Source of the DNA: Candidatus Saccharimonadales bacterium
GTDB taxonomy: Bacteria; Patescibacteriota; Saccharimonadia; Saccharimonadales; SZUA-47
DNA: 64,000 nucleotides
Reading direction: 5' to 3'
NCBI GenBank assembly: GCA_041737385.1
Contig: JBGSRU010000009.1
Coordinates: forward strand, 71,015 to 135,014
Part shown: in pieces, positions 44,295-52,006 of the stretch
Position numbering within the stretch: position 1 is the first letter of the stretch
Layout of the letters: each line of letters starts with the position of its first letter
The notes under the pieces: model-generated
The model's database searches: none
Seen by the model: the letters and a program-made list of their open reading frames with translations, nothing else
Told to the model about the DNA's origin: nothing
Made by a program: the position numbers and the translations under genes

Positions 44295-44370
44295 CTTAAC
44301 AAAAGCACTTCAATATTCGTTAATTCTCGCTTTGCCAAAACTTTGCTAAAAGTGATTATCTTTATCTAGC

Positions 44371-45483
44371 TTAATATCTGCAAAGTGCGCGTGGCTCGTC
44401 GTTTTCAAAAGAGCCTTTTTCAACAGCGACGACGTTTCCACCTTGCGATAACGTAGAACGGACAAGCGTCTCGGTTGTTGAAACGTCTTCTGGTAACTGC
44501 ATCACAATATCTGCTTGGTATCCTGTGCCTACACTATCAGTCGTACGCTTAAAGCTGGACAAAAACAAAGTTTCTACCTTGCCTTTGCTTGTAGCGATCT
44601 CTATATCTTTAGCTCCAACAGCCATATTGCTTGGAGGTGTTGATTTAGCCATAGCAACAAGTTTTTTTCTGTCTGCAGTTTCTGCTTTTTCAATCACAGC
44701 AATAGTTGTGTTCTCTAACTCTTGGGTATTTAATCCTTCATGATTTCCTTCTACTGCTTCTGCGAGAACTCTAGGATAGCTGAATAATGGTCGTATGTTA
44801 CCGATACGATTTTCAGTACCGGTTAGTAAAAGCGGTTCGTCGTGGTCAATAAGAAATTGTTCTACCGCATTCACTATTAATTTATAGTAGCGAATCATAT
44901 CTGCATCATCTGCTGCGGAGTCTTTTTGTCCGTGGAACATGTTTTTAAGTGAACCTTGATGCTGCAGTCGCTGTATATGTTCATCACGATCAATTGTCTG
45001 CTCAAGCGAACCAGGCATATCTTCTAAGTCTATCTCTTTTTTCATATTTGACGCGAAGTATATAAGTCTAGGTTTAGTATGGTTAATATCAAGTACATAA
45101 TATCCTGTCCCGATACTAAGCATTATTGCTAAGGGACTAATGACATAAGAATCTTGAAAGTACTGCATCTCAGTAATTTCATTATTTAGGTCGACTGTTT
45201 CAAAGCTATCTGTATCGGCAAATACTGCAAGGCCAACAGTACGATGCTTCCAAAAAGTGGTATCTTCGAGTAGTGCCTCCAATTTGTTTATTGTTTCACC
45301 GAGTTCACGTTCATCAAACTTTTCATGAGCCTTAATTATCTGTATGGCATTCTTAAATCTAATGGTGTCCTCTGACAACGTTGGGCCAGTGCTTGCAGGG
45401 TGTGTGGGGATATAGATGCTTAGTTTTGTACTGTTATTATTTTTATTAGTAATGTGCTGAATGGTCTTGTTAGATAAATTCAT
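44371..45483 (-). CDS. hypothetical protein, possibly a bacterial eRF1-like (baeRF) family member
   Basis: The N-terminal ...KLSIYIPTHPASTGP..EDTIRFKNAIQ... resembles the conserved N-termini I recall for baeRF-type proteins. ATG at 45483 is preceded by GAGGAGG. The assignment is tentative. Confidence 0.35.
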   Translation of the reverse strand: MNLSNKTIQHITNKNNNSTKLSIYIPTHPASTGPTLSEDTIRFKNAIQIIKAHEKFDERELGETINKLEALLEDTTFWKHRTVGLAVFADTDSFETVDLNNEITEMQYFQDSYVISPLAIMLSIGTGYYVLDINHTKPRLIYFASNMKKEIDLEDMPGSLEQTIDRDEHIQRLQHQGSLKNMFHGQKDSAADDADMIRYYKLIVNAVEQFLIDHDEPLLLTGTENRIGNIRPLFSYPRVLAEAVEGNHEGLNTQELENTTIAVIEKAETADRKKLVAMAKSTPPSNMAVGAKDIEIATSKGKVETLFLSSFKRTTDSVGTGYQADIVMQLPEDVSTTETLVRSTLSQGGNVVAVEKGSFENDEPRALCRY

Positions 45484-45536
45484 ACGCCTCCTCAGTCGAA
45501 AATTTAGGTGTCTATACCTATTATACACCTATGGGT

Positions 45537-46730
45537 TTACGGTATATTTCTATCCGGTGCGTTGCTTTGGTGAGTTTCTAGCTGTTTGGCAAGCTCACTA
45601 TGTGCAATATTACGAAGTAACGGTTGTCCAATACCAACCAGCAGTAACCCTACTATTAGAAAGGTTAAATGGAAATAGCCATTTCCAGCGAGTATTCCTG
45701 AAATAAAAATCATACCGCCACTGGACAGTCGGCCAGTTAGGGTTAGCCCCGATACTATCGAAGCGACGTGAGCTTGAGGTGCTTGCGAAGACAGTCGATA
45801 GCTAAGTTTATAAAACAACATCTGTGCTAGTGCGGATGAAACTACCAATAAAGCCATTCCTGCATATACACTTAAGGACACTACACTTGTTGCCATGATT
45901 ACTGCGCTGAACCATAGCAAAAGAACCCTGCTACTGATCAGCATTCTTTTCTCGACGTAGGTACCGATGATCCTCGCTCCCATTGCAAGTCCTGCGACAA
46001 TACCGATTAAAGAAATGTCGACTTGGTAAAGAGGGGACAGTGAAGATACAATTTCTTTCACGCTAAACAAAACACCCGCCACTAATCCGCCAAATGTGAG
46101 TAGCGGGAAACCGCCATCGACATTCCTTAATGATGCGGGTAAATCCCCCACCTGCTTTCTAAAAGAGACATATGTATCAGCGGCTCTAGAACTCATAATC
46201 TGGTATATAAAAAAGAGGGGAACAATCGACAAGAAGGCTAAGAGGCTAGAAAGCCCAATAGCCGCATCAAAGCTCAGATACTTAACGATAAAACCTGCAC
46301 TACCAAAGCTCAATAACAGCATCACGCTTTTTAGATAGTCGAACGACCTATTATCTCTCTCGAAGTCATTAGATGTAGCTCTGAGCAGAGCGATATCACT
46401 ACCACTAACAAGCGCAGAACCAATCGCTAAAGTTATTATCCATAATCCATCCAAGTAAATGCCGTCAAACGCTATGAAACCGAGTAGAGCTAATCCAGTC
46501 AAAAAAACGCCAAAAATAATTGATAATTTGTGACCGTAGCGATCTGCAATTATGCCAGTAGGCAGCTCTACGAGAATTGACACAGCCATGTAAATTGCAG
46601 CTAGAGTCAGAGCTGTTGATATATCGTAGCTTTTAGAAACAAAAAACGGAACAATAATTGCACCGTAAAAATACACATCATAGAGAACTTTATGCAGAAA
46701 CAATAGCTTTGTGTTTTTGTTCATTGTCAT
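45537..46730 (-). CDS. MFS transporter
   Basis: About 12 TM helices and the GIIADRYGHK loop motif. Confidence 0.8.
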   Translation of the reverse strand: MTMNKNTKLLFLHKVLYDVYFYGAIIVPFFVSKSYDISTALTLAAIYMAVSILVELPTGIIADRYGHKLSIIFGVFLTGLALLGFIAFDGIYLDGLWIITLAIGSALVSGSDIALLRATSNDFERDNRSFDYLKSVMLLLSFGSAGFIVKYLSFDAAIGLSSLLAFLSIVPLFFIYQIMSSRAADTYVSFRKQVGDLPASLRNVDGGFPLLTFGGLVAGVLFSVKEIVSSLSPLYQVDISLIGIVAGLAMGARIIGTYVEKRMLISSRVLLLWFSAVIMATSVVSLSVYAGMALLVVSSALAQMLFYKLSYRLSSQAPQAHVASIVSGLTLTGRLSSGGMIFISGILAGNGYFHLTFLIVGLLLVGIGQPLLRNIAHSELAKQLETHQSNAPDRNIP

Positions 46731-46743
46731 TACTATAACAAAA

Positions 46744-46795
46744 AATGACGTTAGAATATCGTCCCGTTTGAACTACCTAGTGTAATATTTCTAAC
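46744..46795. repeat. copy A of a ~55-bp repeat (partner at 48609-48663)
   Basis: aatgacgttagaatatcgtcccgtttgaactacctagtgtaatatttctaac versus aatgacgatttcagaacatcgtctcgtttgaactaccgtgtgtagtatttctaac. They are roughly 85% identical by eye, with one small indel. Confidence 0.8.
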
Positions 46796-47077
46796 GCATG
46801 TCCTCAACGGCTATTGCGACGGAAGGTGCGCCGCTGTTAACGAACCTCTAACAGCATTAATGTACTTAAAGCATAAAATTTCCATCAATTACTTAATGGG
46901 TTACACGCTGCATAAAACCTTCACCATCCGTATGCTTCAACTATGCTACCACCTACACTAATCCATTCAGACTCTTCTACGCTTTCGCCTACTATAAAGG
47001 CGTTGTCGCTTCTTTCTCTCCGCACAAATCGCTACAGAAAAAGCTAGCTACAGTGGTATTGTCTCTATACTCTCCAA

Positions 47078-47833
47078 CTATTTTTTAGACTTTAGGTAGG
47101 TTGCAGCTCCATCAATCAAGAACATGCTGACATCATCGCGTGTCTTTCCTTCTGCATGGAAAGGAGTGCTAATAACGTCTATAAGAATCATCATATAAAT
47201 CAGAACAAAACTGATGATCCCTATGATTGCCAAACTACCATAGAACGGATCGACGTTTGTAAATATAAGAAGTGAAATGACGAAGAAAACAATAGATTGT
47301 GACAGTATAGTCGCAGATGGAATGAACCGAATGTGCTGTATATAGGTAACTCTTTTTCTGTGCCGTAGAAGGAGAAGCTGCTGTTGTTTTAATTTGACTA
47401 TGAAGTTAGCTGGAACACCTGCCTTTTCCATTTCGCCAAAATAGGGGTTTAGGGCACGAATCTTTTCGCTCACGCCTCTTGAGAAATTACGTACCTCGCT
47501 ATCAAACTTAGTAGTTATTTCATACAGTTGTGCGCGGTATCCTTCTAGGTCAAAATCAGGATATGTTTCATGAAACACTTCAGCGTCGGCATACATGTCC
47601 TCTACATTGGCTGCAAATTCTGCTGGAATGCGCTCGGATTCTTTATAGTCAGCAATAGTCGCTGAAAGTAAAAAACCAATGACGAATGTTGCGCTGGAGA
47701 GAACGCCGTTATGCAGAGAGCTTTGTTCAATCGGCTCCCACCCTAGAGCATGGAAGAAAAATTTAGCAGTAACAATTATGACTGCTGAGATGAGGGCTAT
47801 GAAGAATATTTTGAATTCGATTAGTCTACGCAT
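47078..47833 (-). CDS. membrane protein of unknown function (N- and C-terminal TM pairs)
   Basis: Hydrophobic helices at both ends flank a soluble helical middle. Any family resemblance (DUF4239/bestrophin-like topology) is a guess. Confidence 0.5.
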   Translation of the reverse strand: MRRLIEFKIFFIALISAVIIVTAKFFFHALGWEPIEQSSLHNGVLSSATFVIGFLLSATIADYKESERIPAEFAANVEDMYADAEVFHETYPDFDLEGYRAQLYEITTKFDSEVRNFSRGVSEKIRALNPYFGEMEKAGVPANFIVKLKQQQLLLLRHRKRVTYIQHIRFIPSATILSQSIVFFVISLLIFTNVDPFYGSLAIIGIISFVLIYMMILIDVISTPFHAEGKTRDDVSMFLIDGAATYLKSKK

Positions 47834-48097
47834 GTTTACTAATTATACAGCTCAATTCTCAATTCAGATATATTAATATAGGAATCCAGAGGACTGTCCT
47901 CTAACAGATAGGATAAAGTTGAATTTTAGTCTTGCGGATAACGAGACTAACTCTTGACCTAGTCGGACAAGTACAAGGCAACTGTAACTCTCTACTATTG
48001 ATTAATATATTCGGTCGAGAAGTAGAGTCCACTCTGACCAAACAAAAAATCTGCGTAAGGTTGGTGCTTAGTACGGTGAACTGCCGTGGGCGATCTT

Positions 48098-48559
48098 CTA
48101 ACTTTTTCTTGGCAATATCGATGTAGCGAAGCAGTCATATATAGCAGTACCGCCTGCTTTTAAATCACGAACAACAAGTTCATGTTCAACAAAATCAGGT
48201 TGTGGCGCAGGTATTCGTAGTTCTACTATTGGTCGTAAATAATTATCATTAACATAAGGCATCAAAAGAGTTGTTACCCTAAGCGCCATCTCGCCAGCAG
48301 TGCTAAGCTCTTCAATAAATGGGTCGATAATCGCTTCTTCTTCATGGCCCACTCTTTCTATTTGTGGTGCAATCAGTTTGTACTGTCCGAATCTATGGGC
48401 TAGGACTCGTGAACGACGCTCAAACTGAAGTTCTTCGAACACTGGGTTTGTGTTTGGGTAGTAGTCACTAACCCATATTGCAGTATCGTCTATCCATGAC
48501 GCTTCAATACGTCCATGCCCAAGAGTCATCTGAACTGGAGGACTTAATTGTTCACTCAT
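48098..48559 (-). CDS. hypothetical protein
   Basis: 153-aa ORF from ATG at 48559 (MSEQLSPP...). The track start at 48604 would run into the repeat/tRNA trailer. Confidence 0.5.
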   Translation of the reverse strand: MSEQLSPPVQMTLGHGRIEASWIDDTAIWVSDYYPNTNPVFEELQFERRSRVLAHRFGQYKLIAPQIERVGHEEEAIIDPFIEELSTAGEMALRVTTLLMPYVNDNYLRPIVELRIPAPQPDFVEHELVVRDLKAGGTAIYDCFATSILPRKS

Positions 48560-48608
48560 AAGTATATGATTATGCAAGTTGAGGCAGTATGCAAGCATTA
48601 GCAAATAG

Positions 48609-48663
48609 AATGACGATTTCAGAACATCGTCTCGTTTGAACTACCGTGTGTAGTATTTCTAAC
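48609..48663. repeat. copy B of the ~55-bp repeat, directly abutting the 3' end of tRNA-Gly
   Basis: See copy A. Similarity stops exactly at the tRNA CCA end (48664). Confidence 0.8.
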
Positions 48664-48740
48664 TGGTGCGGGTGAAGAGACTCTAACTCTCGACCTCATC
48701 CTTGGCAAGGATGCGCTCTAAACAACTGAGCTACACCCGC
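48664..48740 (-). tRNA. tRNA-Gly (anticodon GCC), CCA encoded
   Basis: Reverse complement: GCGGGTG-TA-GCTCAGTTGTTTAGAGC-G-CATCC-TTGCCAA-GGATG-AGGTC-GAGAG-TTAGAGT-CTCTT-CACCCGC-ACCA. Confidence 0.9.
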
Positions 48741-49167
48741 GCGTCTGCATGTGATGATTGTTTAGTCACAGTACCAGTAAAATAAATTTCCTGGCACTGT
48801 TGACTACCCAATCAAGCTGCTTCCTTACACTTTTATGAATCCTCTCATAAAAGTAGACAGCTGCAAATTTGCGTATTGCACCGATTAAACTGAAATGTAC
48901 TATTTGCTGGCATCCTTGGCCTGGCAAGGAGCACTCTAGACACAGTCTTACTTCCAGTAATCTGAAAATCAGCTGTCCCCACACCTCAACTCGGGGATTA
49001 GTATCCGCCGGGTTTACGGTCTTGCATAATGCCACCGGCATTCTTCACAACCGAGCAACACCCTCATAGTTGCTAGAGAAGAGTATATAAAAATAACCTG
49101 TTATTTGCAAGATATAAAGGTGAGCTAAAACTCAAAACTGAATTTAAAAAGAGCGTACACTATATAT

Positions 49168-49338
49168 ATGGTAGACACTAACAACGACGATACACACGCA
49201 TTCAAGAAAAAGAAGGATGGGTTTGAGATAGACACGGTCGATCCAATACAAGATATAATGAGTGATACAGAGCTCGACAACGCACATGAACGAATCTTGT
49301 CGCTGATTGAAGAAGAAGCAGCGGACGAAGATGAATAA
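49168..49338 (+). CDS. 56-aa acidic protein (not in the ORF track)
   Basis: MVDTNNDDTHAFKKKKDGFEIDTVDPIQDIMSDTELDNAHERILSLIEEEAADEDE. Its stop overlaps the ATG at 49331 of the next ORF (ATGAATAA). The minus-strand ORFs offered here look like shadows. Confidence 0.35.
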   Translation: MVDTNNDDTHAFKKKKDGFEIDTVDPIQDIMSDTELDNAHERILSLIEEEAADEDE

Positions 49339-49495
49339 GAGCATGATCTACATGGGAATAGGCGTAGGGGGAGCAATTGGAGGCTATCTTCCAGTGTTGT
49401 TTGGCGACACGTCAATCCTGTCACTGTGGTCGATTATCGGCTCAACTGTAGGCAGCCTTATTGGTATCTACGTTATCTACAAACTATATAATTAA
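49331..49495 (+). CDS. small glycine-zipper membrane peptide
   Basis: MNKSMIYMGIGVGGAIGGYLPVLFGDTSILSLWSIIGSTVGSLIGIYVIYKLYN has two hydrophobic Gly-rich helices. The track start is 49307. Confidence 0.45.
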   Translation: MNKSMIYMGIGVGGAIGGYLPVLFGDTSILSLWSIIGSTVGSLIGIYVIYKLYN

Positions 49496-50214
49496 ATTAT
49501 AGTATCAATATATTGAAACAACTGGCTTGAGAACTGTCCAGAAAAGTTGTGCCGCGCACCTTCAATGATCGTATATGAGCTGAATGGCATGTCACGTAAC
49601 TCGAATCTTTCTTCGTCTACTATTTCATCATCACCTGCTTCAAAAACATGAATGTTGGGTAGTTTTTTAATAAGTTCAGCGTATTTTTCTTGCCAAATGA
49701 CATTTTTCGCAGAGTCCATGAACTCTTTGGAAATTATTTTCGTGAGTCCGTCAGTCGTTTGCACCGTTTTACCGTTCACTATGTCAGCACCGTAACGTTC
49801 GATATATTTATCGAGTTGCGCTCCAGCTCCAGGTGCAACAAACACTATTCCTGTAAGTGTAGATACATCTAGGAGCGAAATTATGCCACAACCCATTGAA
49901 TGTCCGAGCGCCCAGACGGGCAAATCAGGATACTGTTTCTGAACAGCGCTCAAAGCTTTCTGGGTACGACTAGCCATTATATCGAGGCTATTTAGTTTGC
50001 AGCCGTCTCCAACTACTTGGTTCTGATCGACCAATACAACAATGCTATCGATAAAATGATCGGACACTTGATAGAAGAATTTCTCTCCGTCCCAGCGACG
50101 CACACCATTGCCGTGAATACCAAGAATAATTCGCTTTGGACTACTACACCCAAAAACTTCCTGCTCGTATTCACCAGCAGAATCAGAAAGTCTCAAAACG
50201 GTGTCTTTTCTCAT
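49492..50214 (-). CDS. alpha/beta-fold hydrolase
   Basis: GHSMGCG nucleophile elbow, with a late ...GARHNF... His. Confidence 0.7.
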   Translation of the reverse strand: MRKDTVLRLSDSAGEYEQEVFGCSSPKRIILGIHGNGVRRWDGEKFFYQVSDHFIDSIVVLVDQNQVVGDGCKLNSLDIMASRTQKALSAVQKQYPDLPVWALGHSMGCGIISLLDVSTLTGIVFVAPGAGAQLDKYIERYGADIVNGKTVQTTDGLTKIISKEFMDSAKNVIWQEKYAELIKKLPNIHVFEAGDDEIVDEERFELRDMPFSSYTIIEGARHNFSGQFSSQLFQYIDTII

Positions 50215-50324
50215 AATCTAAATTGGAGGTGCGTACGGGTAACGCTCCCGTCTGGCAGCTTTTGCAGAGCTGTGCCTAACTTCTCGGCCAACGCACCAAA
50301 TCAGTAAATAGTATATCAGCAAAC

Positions 50325-50732
50325 GTGTATAGTAGAGATATGAAATCAGTTGTTGTATGTGGATCAAAAAAATATAAAGCAAATATGTCTGTTTTTTGCT
50401 CTGAACTGGAAAAGCTAGGAGTGCTAGTGTTCGAACCGAACTTTAGCGAAATACCTATAGGCGAGGGCGATACATTCGACTCAGAATTTGTCACGAAGGT
50501 AATTTTTAAGGGCTTAACCTTTGAGCATTTTGACTGGATACGCAAAGCTGACATCTGTTTTGTCTACAACGAAGACGACTACGCAGGTGTTAGTGTGAGC
50601 ATGGAGATGGCTTACGCATCAGCACTTGGAAAGCCTGTTTTCGCACTTTCAGCTAAAACTGGTGATCCCTGCAGGGACGCTTTGATAGATAAAGTCTTCC
50701 CAGATGCGCAATCTCTTGCTAAAGTATTGTAG
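50325..50732 (+). CDS. hypothetical protein, possibly nucleoside 2-deoxyribosyltransferase-like fold
   Basis: 135 aa. The N-terminal beta-strand + Gly (VVVCGSKKY) and ...ICFVYNEDDY.G.SVSMEMAYA..LGKPVF... recall the Rossmann-like N-deoxyribosyltransferase family. Tentative. Confidence 0.35.
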   Translation: MYSRDMKSVVVCGSKKYKANMSVFCSELEKLGVLVFEPNFSEIPIGEGDTFDSEFVTKVIFKGLTFEHFDWIRKADICFVYNEDDYAGVSVSMEMAYASALGKPVFALSAKTGDPCRDALIDKVFPDAQSLAKVL

Positions 50733-50741
50733 TACAAACAT

Positions 50742-50830
50742 GCGCAGGTGGTGGAATTGGTATACACGAGGGACTTAAAATCCCTTGCCCTTTACCGGGC
50801 TTGCGGGTTCAAGTCCCGCCCTGCGCACCA
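50742..50830 (+). tRNA. tRNA-Leu (anticodon UAA), long variable arm, CCA encoded
   Basis: GCGCAGG-TG-GTGGAATTGGTATACAC-G-AGGGA-CTTAAAA-TCCCT-(variable arm TGCCCTTTACCGGGCTT)-GCGGG-TTCAAGT-CCCGC-CCTGCGC-ACCA. Confidence 0.9.
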
Positions 50831-51017
50831 AAACAAGGAGCCCCTTCTAGAGCTTTTTTTGTTTTGGTGCGTTGTGCGTGGCTTGCACGAAAACCCAAGG
50901 CGTGTGGGTGAGATGAGCCGGTGGCTCATCGCAAGGAAGCTTTCTTCATCAAACTTGTTTGATTGAACGAAACTTCGGGGTCGCAGGATGTGACCAAGTG
51001 CCGCCCTGCGCACCAAA
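50816..51017. repeat. 17-bp direct repeat of the tRNA-Leu 3' end flanking a 168-bp spacer
   Basis: CCGCCCTGCGCACCAAA occurs at 50816-50832 (tRNA end) and 51001-51017. Each copy is followed by its own inverted repeat: CGCACCAAAACAA/TTGTTTTGGTGCG at 50824-50871 and AAACATAAAA/TTTTATGTTT at 51015-51050. Confidence 0.8.
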
Positions 51018-51078
51018 CATAAAAGCAACCTTTTAGTCGTTTTTATGTTTTATGACGGCCGTTATTCTACTCAAGTAT

Positions 51079-51933
51079 TTAAGACTCTTCTTGCTGGCGT
51101 CTAAAAGATTCTATTCTTATTTCTACAACATCCTCTTCACCTAAGTAGCCATCGGGATTGGCGTCTGTAACATTCACCACAATTCCAAGTGCCCGGACCA
51201 TATTATATTCGCCTGATATCACTTCGACTGTAGGTTTTAGGCCAGTATTGCCTATTGATAGCTGACGGGCTTGTCTAGCCTTCAAAATTTCTCGCGGGGA
51301 GGGACCATAGTGCTCTGCCAATTCGGCTGGAATAGGGTACATCGGCACCGCTATAATTTTCGCACCATTTCTTGGCATCTTCTGGTGGTGTTCTCTTGTG
51401 AGATTGAATCTCGTAGTACTACTATGCAAATCTAGCCGTAATCCAACCGCCCTAAAGTCTGTATAGGCATGCCCAAAATGGTCAGCATCAACAAAAAACC
51501 TTTTATCTTCAATCTCACGACCTTGACTTCTTGTACAGTTAAGCTCGACAAGAACACCAGTATGAGGATCGGTCAGCTCGGTAGTCGCATCTGCGTCAAA
51601 AAAAGTTCGCAGCGTCGGACTGATTGCTTTTCTTACAGCAGTAGCAATTGCTTCTTCTTTGCTACCACGCTCAGGGTATGAAGTCAGTACATTTAAAACC
51701 GATTCAGTTTGAAACAGCGAATCGATGCTCTCCTCAAGACCAAAGACATTCCTGAGTATGAGGGGCGGATTAAGGGCTGCTAAGTCTCTAAAGAAACTAG
51801 GCGGTTCGTTTCCGTTTATACGCTCTACGCCGAGCTTCGCTCGTGCAGCATCAAACTGTACTTTTGTCGAAGCAATCCCAGCTCTAAGTGCATCAAAATC
51901 AAATCCATCAGCATGTGAACTCTCAATAGTCAT
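51079..51933 (-). CDS. hypothetical protein
   Basis: 284-codon ORF with normal protein-like composition. No family recognised. Confidence 0.5.
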   Translation of the reverse strand: MTIESSHADGFDFDALRAGIASTKVQFDAARAKLGVERINGNEPPSFFRDLAALNPPLILRNVFGLEESIDSLFQTESVLNVLTSYPERGSKEEAIATAVRKAISPTLRTFFDADATTELTDPHTGVLVELNCTRSQGREIEDKRFFVDADHFGHAYTDFRAVGLRLDLHSSTTRFNLTREHHQKMPRNGAKIIAVPMYPIPAELAEHYGPSPREILKARQARQLSIGNTGLKPTVEVISGEYNMVRALGIVVNVTDANPDGYLGEEDVVEIRIESFRRQQEES

Positions 51934-52006
51934 TTACTTATAGTAAAATATAAAATGATTATACGCAATGTATTGAAGGCGTCACTCCCTGCGCTATACT
52001 ATCAGT

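Noticed and set aside
46796-47077. RNase P or riboswitch assignment for the ORF-free block upstream of the MFS gene (partial look-alikes GCGGAGAGAAAGAAGCG and GATGGTGAAGG).
   Set aside because: The conserved P4 strands are absent and no known riboswitch core could be recognised by eye. It is left as an unassigned structured region pending an Infernal search.
48766-49069. ORFs 48766-49041 (-) and 48869-49069 (+) next to tRNA-Gly.
   Set aside because: They are mutually overlapping with implausible composition, and the region is full of perfect hairpins. It is more likely non-coding RNA or decayed tRNA sequence (reported as a finding instead).
50290-50298. Third copy of CGCACCAAA (the tRNA-Leu terminus) ~450 bp upstream of the tRNA, within a segment vaguely tRNA-like (ACGGG-TAACGCT-CCCGT).
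   Set aside because: It is only a 9-mer, on the wrong side of the tRNA for an att duplicate, and no T-arm or acceptor pairing can be drawn. It is probably chance.
50748-51028. ORFs 50748-50966 (+) and 50792-51028 (-).
   Set aside because: Both run through the tRNA-Leu gene and its duplicated 3' end, so they are artefacts of an RNA/repeat region.
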